A stretch of 8,979 nucleotides of DNA. It comes from a virus. Lineage: Duplodnaviria; Heunggongvirae; Uroviricota; Caudoviricetes. The notes below the pieces were generated by a model. The model was not told the origin of the DNA and searched no databases. It saw only the letters and a program-made list of their open reading frames with translations. Positions within the stretch are counted from its first letter, which is position 1; the number at the start of each line of letters is the position of its first letter. Position numbers and translations under genes: made by a program. Shown piece after piece: positions 1-6,580 of this stretch. The DNA is taken from the IMG/VR virus record IMGVR_UViG_2585427789_000025. The stretch is one strand, 5' to 3'.

Positions 1-102
1 GCTAAGCAGGCTGAAAATCTGTCCGCTCTGGAGCAGGATATCACCAATCTGGAAAAAGCAGCGGCATTAAGCATTGCCAGAATGATTACATACCCACGTT
101 AA
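1..102 (+). CDS. C-terminal fragment of a hypothetical prophage protein (5' end outside window)
   Basis: Frame 1 is open from the window edge to TAA at 100-102 (...LEQDITNLEKAAALSIARMITYPR*). The next gene starts 22 nt downstream on the same strand. No function assignable. Confidence 0.4.
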   Translation, partial: AKQAENLSALEQDITNLEKAAALSIARMITYPR

Positions 103-124
103 TGGTTAACCAACGAGGCTAATA

Positions 125-532
125 ATGGAATTTAAAGATTTACCAAAAGAAATCCAGATAATTGCTGCAACGACACTCGGTGATAGTCTGGTGAAAATTG
201 ACCCGGCATACACCAAAAAAGAAACCATCGATAATATGGTTCGTAATGTGCGCAATGCTTTTTCTGGGCTATATGGTTCTGATAATCAAAAGCAGGAAAG
301 CGATGTTAATAAACGGGTAATTTCTGTTTGCGTGAATGGCCATGTTCTTTCATCAATCAAAACAGAAACGGCGACAGTCTTCGATTGCCTTTGCATTGTA
401 CAGAGCCTTGTTGATGCCCTGTTTCGTTCAGTGAATTTAGAAAATGATGCAAATCTGCGAGGGCGCACAATAGCACATCCATATGCACATACTTTAGGCT
501 CTGTGGATATCAAAGATCCCACAAATCTTTAA
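125..532 (+). CDS. Hypothetical protein, 135 aa
   Basis: ATG at 125 with GAGG about 8 nt upstream. The translation has non-repetitive, protein-like composition. No motif recognised. Confidence 0.5.
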   Translation: MEFKDLPKEIQIIAATTLGDSLVKIDPAYTKKETIDNMVRNVRNAFSGLYGSDNQKQESDVNKRVISVCVNGHVLSSIKTETATVFDCLCIVQSLVDALFRSVNLENDANLRGRTIAHPYAHTLGSVDIKDPTNL

Positions 533-743
533 TGAAATAGTTAACGCGAATTGTACTTGCTCTTTCAGTTGCTTTCAGAATACGCGTTGAAACTGCTGGC
601 GGTAATTTGGTATTCCATTTATTAAAATCATGCCCGGAAAAGTACTCTTCGAAAATACTTTTAACTGCAGACTCGCCTATTGAAATGCTGCTTACCATGC
701 GATTTTGATAAAGGCATTTAGCAATAAGAGTTGATTTTAACAT
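510..743 (-). CDS. Hypothetical small protein, 77 aa, convergent with and overlapping the 3' end of the 125-532 gene by 23 bp
   Basis: Minus-strand ATG at 743 is preceded by a consensus AGGAGG Shine-Dalgarno (reverse complement of 749-754, spacing 5 nt). No competing + strand ORF across 533-743. No motif recognised. Confidence 0.55.
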   Translation of the reverse strand: MLKSTLIAKCLYQNRMVSSISIGESAVKSIFEEYFSGHDFNKWNTKLPPAVSTRILKATERASTIRVNYFIKDLWDL

Positions 744-1052
744 TCACCCTCCTGAGGGTTGGTAATTAAGGAGTTCTCCACGGGTGAACATCCGGCACTG
801 ACAGTTTACTGAAAGGATATTTCTCTGAAAAGTCAGAGCATAACGCGAAAGCGCACGGCGAGGTTGCTGGTTCATAGATAGCCTGTCGTTAAATTTTCGT
901 CGACCGTGCGCTTCCGGTTGTGGCACTCCGCGAAATGGCGCGGCGGTAAGTATGGCGGGGTTATTCCTTCCCCGTTGAGGACACCGGGTTGTCAGGTTGA
1001 CCATACGCCTGAGTGACAACTCCGCTACAACAACCCATGTTGATTACCTTTT

Positions 1053-1096
1053 GGCGGGTATTCGTTTTGTTTTTCCCGTGATACCCGCCCCTTTTA
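1053..1096 (+). terminator. Terminator-like hairpin (9-bp stem GGCGGGTAT/ATACCCGCC, 19-nt loop) followed by CCTTTT
   Basis: Stem arms at 1053-1061 and 1081-1089 are perfectly complementary, with T-run 1092-1095 on the + strand. The loop is long for an intrinsic terminator, so a protein-binding palindrome or a leaky tL-type terminator are alternatives. Confidence 0.35.
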
Positions 1097-1100
1097 AAGT

Positions 1101-1254
1101 GAATTTTGTGATGCGGTGAATGCGGCTCAGCGCACGCGGAACAGTTAAAACAAGCGGTCTTTTACTTGCGTAACAGACATCAACTAACAATCCGGCGTTA
1201 ATGGTTTACTGGTTAACGTCACCTGGAGGCACCAGGCGCCGCATCACAAAATTC
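1101..1254. repeat. Perfect 16-bp inverted repeat (GAATTTTGTGATGCGG ... CCGCATCACAAAATTC) enclosing 122 bp, immediately upstream of the operon RBS
   Basis: 1101-1116 is the exact reverse complement of 1239-1254. The interior contains further short stems, such as CGTTAA / TTAACG around 1196-1218. The RBS GAGGA (1261-1265) and ATG 1273 follow directly. Confidence 0.6.
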
Positions 1255-1272
1255 ATTGTTGAGGACGCGATA

Positions 1273-1461
1273 ATGGAAACGTTATTACCAAACGTTAATA
1301 CGTCTGAAGGTTGTTTTGAAATTGGTGTCACTATCAGTAACCCAGTATTTACTGAAGATGCCATTAACAAGAGAAAACAAGAACGGGAGCTATTAAATAA
1401 AATATGCATTGTTTCAATGCTGGCCCGTTTACGCCTGATGCAAAAAGGATGCTGGCAATGA
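1273..1461 (+). CDS. Small hypothetical protein, 62 aa
   Basis: ATG at 1273 with GAGGA at 1261-1265 (spacing 7). The track ORF 1201-1461 is an upstream extension of the same frame with no RBS. The stop overlaps the next start in an ATGA motif (1458-1461). Confidence 0.5.
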   Translation: METLLPNVNTSEGCFEIGVTISNPVFTEDAINKRKQERELLNKICIVSMLARLRLMQKGCWQ

Positions 1462-1661
1462 ATACTACATTTGCACTTGTTCTGACGGTTTTTCTTGTTT
1501 CCGGTGAACCGGTTGACATGGTTACTGGCGTATACGGCTCAATGAAAGAATGCATGGTTGCCGCAGCGGAACAGAAAATTCCCGGTAACTGTTATCCGGT
1601 CGATAAAGTTATTCACATGGATAATAACGAAATCCCGGCAGGACTTAAAACAGCACCGTAA
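1458..1661 (+). CDS. Small protein with N-terminal hydrophobic segment (signal peptide or membrane anchor), 67 aa
   Basis: ATG at 1458 with AAGGA ending 8 nt upstream, coupled by ATGA overlap to the preceding gene. The N-terminus MNTTFALVLTVFLVSG is hydrophobic. The track ORF 1404-1661 starts upstream in the same frame, but only the 1458 ATG has a properly spaced RBS. Confidence 0.5.
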   Translation: MNTTFALVLTVFLVSGEPVDMVTGVYGSMKECMVAAAEQKIPGNCYPVDKVIHMDNNEIPAGLKTAP

Positions 1662-1741
1662 TTAATATCCGGTTTCATTTTTATATGCCAGCAATGGCAG
1701 GGATTTGTTCACCCTTAAATCTGTAATGAGGTTAAAACAAA

Positions 1742-2746
1742 ATGAGTAAAGTCTTTATTTGCGCCGCCATTCCGGACGAACAGGCAATAAAGGAAGAAGG
1801 TGCAGTCGCTGTAGCCACTGCCATTGAAGCCGGCGACGAACGTCGCGCCCGTGCCAAATTTACCTGGCAATTCCTGGAGCAATATCCGGCTGCTCAGGAC
1901 TGCGCTTATAAATTTCTTGTCTGCGAGGATAAACCCGGCATGCCCCGCCCTGCCATCGACTCCTGGGATACCGAATATATGCTGGAAAACCGCTGGGATG
2001 AGGAAGGCGCTTCCTTTGTCCCGGTCGAACCAGAATCCGATCCGATGATCGTCAATTTTGACAAGCTGTCCCTTGAAGTACAGAACGCGGTCCTGGTTAA
2101 GTTCGGTACATGTGAAAACATCACCGTTGATATGGTGATTAGCGCGCAGGAATTGTTGCAGGAAGACATGGCAACATTCGACGGACATATCGTTGAAGCG
2201 TTGATGAAAATGCCAGAAGTTAACGCCATGTATCCGGAGCTTAAGCTGCATGCCATCGGGTGGGTTAAGCATAAATGTATTCCTAGTGCCAAATGGCCCG
2301 AAATTCAGGCAGAGATGCGCATCTGGAAAAAACGTCGCGAAGGTGAACGCAAGGAAACCGGAAAATACACGTCTGTTGTTGATCTCGCCCGCGCCAGAGC
2401 CAATCAACAGTACACTGAAAATTCAACAGGAAAAATCAGCCCGGTCATTGCTGCCATTCATCGCGAATACAAGCAGACATGGAAAACACTGGATGACGAA
2501 CTGGCCTACGCTCTCTGGCCTGGTGATGTGGATGCCGGAAACATTGACGGCAGCATCCATCGCTGGGCAAAAAATGAAGTTATCGACAACGACCGCGAAG
2601 ACTGGAAGCGTATCTCGGCATCGATGCGCAAACAGCCTGATGCCCTTCGCTACGACCGCCAGACTATTTTTGGCCTTGTCCGTGAGCGTCCGATCGACAT
2701 TCACAAAGATCCTGTGGCACTGAACAAATATATTGCGAATACCTGA
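1742..2746 (+). CDS. Hypothetical acidic protein, 334 aa (prophage accessory protein of unknown function)
   Basis: Long ORF with TGAGG about 12 nt upstream of ATG 1742 and a hydrophilic, Asp/Glu-rich translation. The antisense ORFs 1715-2407 and 1906-2292 are shorter and Phe/His/Cys-rich, so judged spurious. No catalytic motif recognised. Confidence 0.7.
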   Translation: MSKVFICAAIPDEQAIKEEGAVAVATAIEAGDERRARAKFTWQFLEQYPAAQDCAYKFLVCEDKPGMPRPAIDSWDTEYMLENRWDEEGASFVPVEPESDPMIVNFDKLSLEVQNAVLVKFGTCENITVDMVISAQELLQEDMATFDGHIVEALMKMPEVNAMYPELKLHAIGWVKHKCIPSAKWPEIQAEMRIWKKRREGERKETGKYTSVVDLARARANQQYTENSTGKISPVIAAIHREYKQTWKTLDDELAYALWPGDVDAGNIDGSIHRWAKNEVIDNDREDWKRISASMRKQPDALRYDRQTIFGLVRERPIDIHKDPVALNKYIANT

Positions 2747-2766
2747 CTACAAAGGGCGTGTTTGAG

Positions 2767-3111
2767 ATGAAGGAAGAGATCTGGGCGCTGTTGATGTTCT
2801 CTCGTCGTCAGTACCAGAAACTGATGCAGTGGAAACGGGTATCTGATATCGCAAAAACTGAATGCGCGGTGGAAGTTGAACCATCTGTAGAGCGTGAGGG
2901 GCCGTTCTATTTCCTCTTCGCCGATAAGGATGGCGAAAAATACGGTCGCGCAAACAAACTTTCTGGTCTGGATAAGGCGCTGGCTGCTGGGGCTACTGAA
3001 ATCACGAAAGAAGAATATTTTGCCCGCAAAAATGGTACATACTCGGGTTTACCGCAAAATGTTGGTGCCTCTGAAGACCGCACAGCCAGAGCCGGTAAAA
3101 GTTACCGCTGA
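2767..3111 (+). CDS. Hypothetical protein, about 114 aa (start at ATG 2767; alternative GTG 2758)
   Basis: Frame 1 ORF begins 21 nt after the stop of the upstream gene, with AAGGG about 10 nt upstream of ATG 2767. Composition is protein-like. Its 3' end overlaps the 5' region of the downstream exonuclease frame. Confidence 0.55.
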   Translation: MKEEIWALLMFSRRQYQKLMQWKRVSDIAKTECAVEVEPSVEREGPFYFLFADKDGEKYGRANKLSGLDKALAAGATEITKEEYFARKNGTYSGLPQNVGASEDRTARAGKSYR

Positions 3112-4207
3112 CGAAGTAAACAAAATTATGCAGGCAGCCAATATCAGCCAGCCTGACGCCGATAAGTTGCTTGCTGCATCACGTGGTGAATTTGTTGAAG
3201 GGATTAGTGACCCGAATGATCCGAAATGGGTTAAGGGGATCCAGACCCGCGATTCTGTGAACCAGAACCAGCATGAATCGGAACGGAACTACCAGAAAGC
3301 GGAACAAAACAGCCCAAATGCGTTACAAAACGAGCCAGAAACGAAACAGCCTGAACCAGTGGTGCAACAGGAAGTGGAAAAAGTCTGCACCGCCTGCGGT
3401 CAGAGCGGTGGTGGCAACTGCCCTGATTGTGGTGCGGTGATGGGCGACGCAACATACCAGGAAACATTCGATGACGAGTATCAGGTTGAAGTTCAGGAAG
3501 ATGATTCGGAGGAAATGGAAGGCGCTGAACATCCACACAAGGAGAATGCTGGCGGCGCTCAGGATCACGCTAGCGATAGTGAAACTGGCGAGACGGCAGA
3601 TCACCCAATTAAGGTGAACGGTCATCACGAAATCACATCCACCAGCAGGACGTGTGACCATCTAATGATCGACCTTGAAACCATGGGAAAAAATCCTGAT
3701 GCCCCGATCATCTCAATAGGTGCAATATTTTTCGATCCGCAAACCGGAGATATGGGACCGGAATTTAGTAAGACTATCGATCTGGAAACTGCTGGCGGAG
3801 TCATTGATCGGGACACCATTAAATGGTGGCTTAAGCAATCACGCGAAGCGCAATCTGCCATTATGACCGATGAAATCCCGTTAGATGATGCACTGTTACA
3901 ATTGCGGGAATTTATCGACGAAAACTCCGGTGAATTTTTTGTTCAGGTCTGGGGAAATGGAGCCAACTTCGACAACACGATTTTGCGCCGTTCATACGAA
4001 CGGCAGGGGATCCCCTGCCCGTGGCGTTACTACAACGATCGCGATGTACGCACAATCGTTGAGCTGGGGAAAGCCATAGACTTCGATGCCAGAACGGCTA
4101 TTCCATTCGAAGGTGAGCGCCATAATGCACTTGATGACGCTCGTTACCAGGCAAAATACGTTTCAGCTATCTGGCAAAAACTGATCCCGAGTCAGGCTGA
4201 TTTTTAA
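3059..4207 (+). CDS. DEDDh-type 3'-5' exonuclease (DnaQ-like fold) with a disordered acidic linker and a CxxC-x7-CxxC zinc-ribbon; start codon uncertain
   Basis: The C-terminal roughly 190 aa carries the three exonuclease motifs in order: MIDLETMG (Exo I, D-x-E), [13 protein letters not shown] (Exo II) and [10 protein letters not shown] (Exo III, H-x4-D). Upstream lie a Q/E/P-rich low-complexity stretch and [16 protein letters not shown]. The track ORF starts at 2894, but its first 55 codons are Arg/Ser/Trp-rich junk lying over the frame-1 gene. No in-frame ATG (3032, 3059, 3128) has a convincing RBS. Confidence 0.7.
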   Translation: MLVPLKTAQPEPVKVTADEVNKIMQAANISQPDADKLLAASRGEFVEGISDPNDPKWVKGIQTRDSVNQNQHESERNYQKAEQNSPNALQNEPETKQPEPVVQQEVEKVCTACGQSGGGNCPDCGAVMGDATYQETFDDEYQVEVQEDDSEEMEGAEHPHKENAGGAQDHASDSETGETADHPIKVNGHHEITSTSRTCDHLMIDLETMGKNPDAPIISIGAIFFDPQTGDMGPEFSKTIDLETAGGVIDRDTIKWWLKQSREAQSAIMTDEIPLDDALLQLREFIDENSGEFFVQVWGNGANFDNTILRRSYERQGIPCPWRYYNDRDVRTIVELGKAIDFDARTAIPFEGERHNALDDARYQAKYVSAIWQKLIPSQADF

Positions 4208-4221
4208 TGTTCAACCCTAAT

Positions 4222-4249
4222 TGCCGCTAACCGTATATAGTTAGCGGCG
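4222..4249. promoter_or_regulatory. Palindrome (9-bp arms GCCGCTAAC / GTTAGCGGC, 8-nt loop CGTATATA) just upstream of the excisionase-like gene; candidate operator or promoter element
   Basis: 4223-4231 is complementary to 4240-4248. The loop holds TATATA (4234-4239), with TTCAAC (4210-4215) 18 bp upstream as a weak -35. There is no downstream T-tract, so an intrinsic terminator is unlikely. Confidence 0.3.
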
Positions 4250-4265
4250 GTTATGAGATATAGCT

Positions 4266-4469
4266 ATGAGCAGCTTATTTTTAACCGAAGATGAATTGCT
4301 AATATTAACGGGCTGCAAATATGCAAGCCACCAGCGAAAATGGTTAATGGAAAACGGGCTTCCGTTCTATACCAATCGTAGTGGCAAACCGATTGTCAGC
4401 CGGGATCTATTTACCTGCAATAAAACTTTACCACCACGCGAGGTAGAGCCGAATTTTGGTGCGATCTGA
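4266..4469 (+). CDS. Excisionase-like small DNA-binding protein (resembles the DUF4224-type proteins found next to phage integrases), 67 aa
   Basis: Sits immediately upstream of the integrase, and its stop overlaps the integrase start (TGATG at 4467-4471). The family call is from memory of the conserved N-terminal pattern, not from a search. Confidence 0.6.
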   Translation: MSSLFLTEDELLILTGCKYASHQRKWLMENGLPFYTNRSGKPIVSRDLFTCNKTLPPREVEPNFGAI

Positions 4470-5494
4470 TGGGAAGACGAAGGAAAAATCCTGAACACGA
4501 AAAATTACCTCCAAATGTATACCCAAATAAATATAGTTATGTATGGAAACCAACATCCAGAGAATCTGTCACACTAACCGCCATCAAGGATGGTTTAGCT
4601 GCTTTATGGAAAAAGTATGAGGAAACTGTAAATAATCGCGATCGTGCAATGACATTCGGTCGCTTGTGGGAAAAATTCCTCGCCAGCGCCTATTACAGTG
4701 ACCTTAGTCCAAGAACACAAAAAGATTATCTGCAACATCAAAAAAAGTTGCTTGCCGTATTCGGTAAGGTACCAGCGGATTCCATAAAACCAGAACACAT
4801 CCGTCGATACATGGACAAAAGAGGGGAGCAGAGTAAAACGCAAGCCAACCATGAAAAAAGCAGTATGTCCCGTGTTTACAGTTGGGGGTATGAGCGAGGG
4901 TACGTGAAGGCTAACCCATGTGCAGGTGTAAGTAAATTCAAGGCCAAAAACCGCGAACGATATGTAACCGACAAAGAATACCAGGCAGTATTAAGCGTTG
5001 CACCTCTTCCTGTTTTTATCGCAATGGAAATTGCCTATCTGTGTGCAGCGAGGGTTTCCGATGTGTTATCGCTGAAATGGGAACAGATTGGAAACGACGG
5101 GATATTCATCCAGCAAGGGAAAACCGGAAAAAAACAGATAAAAGCATGGAGTCCACGATTACAGGCAGCGATCGAAAAAGCAAAACAGTTGCCAAAATCT
5201 GCCTATGTGATCAGCAATCAATACGGCAACCGATATATGTACAAAGGCTTTAACGAAATGTGGGTAGATGCAAGAAATCGTGCTGGAAAAATTTCAGGTA
5301 TTTTAACCGACTTCACCTTTCATGATCTGAAGGCGAAAGGAATTTCAGACTATGAAGGAAGCAGCCGGGATAAGCAACTTTTCTCTGGTCACAAAACCGA
5401 AGGGCAAGTGCTAATCTATGACAGGAAGGTTAAAGTTTCACCAACACTTGATGTCCCGTTACCTGAAAATATTCCAAGAAAATATTCCAAGTAA
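4469..5494 (+). CDS. int: Lambda-family tyrosine integrase, 341 aa
   Basis: N-terminus MGRRRKNPEHEKLPPNVY resembles the lambda Int arm-binding N-terminus (MGRRR...LPPN.Y). Catalytic-domain blocks align by eye to lambda Int: AARVSDVLSLKWEQI (Arg I), GKTGKK (Lys), FHDLKAKGISDYE (His with Lys in the Arg II position), SGHK (His) and LIYDR (Tyr). The gene ends 52 bp from the 3' end of serU. Confidence 0.9.
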   Translation: MGRRRKNPEHEKLPPNVYPNKYSYVWKPTSRESVTLTAIKDGLAALWKKYEETVNNRDRAMTFGRLWEKFLASAYYSDLSPRTQKDYLQHQKKLLAVFGKVPADSIKPEHIRRYMDKRGEQSKTQANHEKSSMSRVYSWGYERGYVKANPCAGVSKFKAKNRERYVTDKEYQAVLSVAPLPVFIAMEIAYLCAARVSDVLSLKWEQIGNDGIFIQQGKTGKKQIKAWSPRLQAAIEKAKQLPKSAYVISNQYGNRYMYKGFNEMWVDARNRAGKISGILTDFTFHDLKAKGISDYEGSSRDKQLFSGHKTEGQVLIYDRKVKVSPTLDVPLPENIPRKYSK

Positions 5495-5501
5495 TTCCAA
5501 G
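5466..5501. repeat. Three direct copies of ATTCCAAG (5471-5478, 5484-5491, 5494-5501) spanning the integrase stop codon; candidate arm-type Int binding sites
   Basis: The first two copies sit in a tandem 13-bp unit AAAATATTCCAAG. They lie between the integrase coding end and the tRNA 3' end, where P'-arm sites lie in lambda attL. Confidence 0.3.
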
Positions 5502-5546
5502 TGTGATTTTTGTCACTGACTTAATGATGTGTAAGTGATTGAATTT

Positions 5547-5636
5547 TGGCGGAGAGAGGGGGATTTGAACCCCCGGTGGAGTTGCCCCCACTCCGGTTTT
5601 CGAGACCGGTCCGTTCAGCCGCTCCGGCATCTCTCC
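5547..5636 (-). tRNA. serU: tRNA-Ser (anticodon CGA), 90 nt with long variable arm
   Basis: Reverse complement of 5547-5636 reads GGAGAGATGCCGGAGCGGCTGAACGGACCGGTCTCGAAAACCGG...GGGGGTTCAAATCCCCCTCTCTCCGCCA. It has an acceptor stem, anticodon loop CTCGAAA (anticodon CGA), a class II variable arm and a 3' CCA. Confidence 0.9.
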
Positions 5637-5729
5637 GTTCAGATGGTTGCCATGATGCCAGGAAATTTGGCATTTTAACAGTCCCTGTCCGTGCAATTTT
5701 GTTCAAGTGACGAGTTTGCGAGCAAAACG

Positions 5730-6527
5730 ATGATTAAGTGGCCCTGGAAAGTACAAGAATCAGCACATCAAACTGCCCTTCCCTGGCAGGAAGCACTATC
5801 GATCCCCCTTTTAACGGGTCTGACGGAACAGGAACAAAGCAAATTAGTCACTCTTGCCGAACGTTTTTTACAGCAAAAGCGGCTTGTTCCTTTACAGGGC
5901 TTTGAACTGGATTCATTAAGAAGCTGCCGGATAGCACTTCTATTTTGCCTACCCGTTCTGGAGTTAGGACTGGAATGGCTGGATGGTTTTCATGAAGTCT
6001 TAATTTATCCTGCGCCATTTGTGGTCGATGATGAATGGGAAGACGATATCGGTCTGGTGCATAACCAACGTATTGTTCAGTCAGGTCAGAGCTGGCAGCA
6101 AGGGCCTATCGTTTTGAACTGGTTGGATATACAAGATTCTTTTGATGCTTCTGGTTTTAACCTGATTATTCATGAAGTCGCTCATAAGCTGGACACCCGT
6201 AACGGCGATCGCGCCAGCGGAGTTCCCTTTATTCCGTTGCGTGAGGTTGCTGGCTGGGAACACGATCTTCATGCTGCAATGAACAACATTCAGGAAGAAA
6301 TCGAATTGGTTGGCGAGAATGCGGCGAGCATTGATGCTTATGCTGCCAGTGATCCTGCTGAATGTTTTGCCGTACTTTCTGAATATTTCTTTAGCGCCCC
6401 AGAACTTTTTGCTCCTCGTTTCCCTTCATTGTGGCAACGTTTCTGCCAATTTTATCAACAAGATCCTTTGCTGAGACTGCATCACGCTAATGATACAGAC
6501 TCGTTTTCGGCGACGAATGTTCATTAA
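5730..6527 (+). CDS. mtfA: Mlc titration factor A (MtfA/YeeI), 265 aa
   Basis: The translation from ATG 5730 ([29 protein letters not shown]...) matches my recollection of E. coli MtfA, including the HEVAH zinc-peptidase motif. The track ORF from 5691 is an upstream extension of the same frame. Confidence 0.88.
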   Translation: MIKWPWKVQESAHQTALPWQEALSIPLLTGLTEQEQSKLVTLAERFLQQKRLVPLQGFELDSLRSCRIALLFCLPVLELGLEWLDGFHEVLIYPAPFVVDDEWEDDIGLVHNQRIVQSGQSWQQGPIVLNWLDIQDSFDASGFNLIIHEVAHKLDTRNGDRASGVPFIPLREVAGWEHDLHAAMNNIQEEIELVGENAASIDAYAASDPAECFAVLSEYFFSAPELFAPRFPSLWQRFCQFYQQDPLLRLHHANDTDSFSATNVH

Positions 6528-6580
6528 TCAACAACTTTGCAGATTAATTAACCAATTGAAATGACTTATGAAATTTAGTG

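Larger units (their letters stand above)
744..1272. promoter_or_regulatory. 530-bp ORF-free, hairpin-rich control region between the minus-strand small gene and the + strand operon
   Basis: The only ORF in the track here (744-1019, minus) is Arg-rich and junk-like. The region contains a perfect 9-bp stem (850-858 with 904-912), a 5-bp GC stem (928-932 with 939-943), a terminator-like hairpin (1053-1096) and a 16-bp inverted repeat pair (1101-1116 with 1239-1254). Promoters for both flanking units are expected here but no convincing -35/-10 pair was found by eye. Confidence 0.4.
1..5546 (+). mobile_element. Integrase-proximal end of a lambda-type integrative element (lambdoid prophage or remnant) inserted at the 3' end of tRNA-Ser(CGA); continues beyond the window start
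   Basis: Co-directional + strand operon ends in an excisionase-like gene coupled to a lambda-family integrase whose 3' end faces the 3' end of serU (minus strand, 5547-5636). This is the classic attL-int-xis prophage arrangement. Core genes (mtfA, asnT) follow immediately. The exact att core cannot be set without the other junction. Confidence 0.7.

Noticed and set aside
286-522. 78-aa minus-strand ORF inside the 135-aa gene
   Set aside because: It is antisense to a better ORF and lacks an RBS. The real minus-strand gene appears to be 510-743.
744-1019. Minus-strand ORF of 91 aa in the intergenic region
   Set aside because: The translation is Arg/Pro/Gly-rich and low in complexity, as expected for a chance frame in GC-rich structured DNA. 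It has no RBS and overlaps the hairpin-rich segment.
1101-1661. Retron-like architecture: the 16-bp inverted repeats resemble a1/a2 repeats flanking an msr-msd non-coding RNA
   Set aside because: No reverse transcriptase is present downstream. None of the following ORFs has a YxDD-type motif, and the 334-aa protein is acidic with no RT blocks. Kept only as a structured-RNA or MITE candidate.
1715-2407. 230-aa antisense ORF opposite the 334-aa gene (also 1906-2292 minus and 2250-2723 plus)
   Set aside because: These are shorter than the sense ORF, have Phe/His/Cys-rich composition atypical of real proteins, and have no RBS. The sense strand fits the operon.
2894-3058. N-terminal extension of the exonuclease ORF, which would make it 437 aa
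   Set aside because: The first 55 codons are Arg/Ser/Trp-rich and lie over the well-formed frame-1 gene. This is probably open frame by chance, not coding.
3231-3861. Three antisense ORFs (101, 112 and 78 aa) opposite the exonuclease gene
   Set aside because: They lie opposite the low-complexity linker and exonuclease domain, have no RBS and have biased composition. They are likely artefacts of the sense-strand codon pattern.
4604-5253. ORFs inside the integrase gene (4604-4852 minus; 5041-5253 plus in another frame)
   Set aside because: They are wholly embedded in a confidently identified integrase reading frame.
5430-5706. Minus-strand ORFs of 88 and 61 aa overlapping serU
   Set aside because: They run through the tRNA gene, which is a far better-supported feature, and are Gly/Pro-rich chance frames.
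5691-5729. Longer MtfA start at 5691 giving 278 aa
   Set aside because: The recalled MtfA protein begins MIKWPWK, which corresponds to ATG 5730. The upstream extension ([13 protein letters not shown]) is probably untranslated leader.
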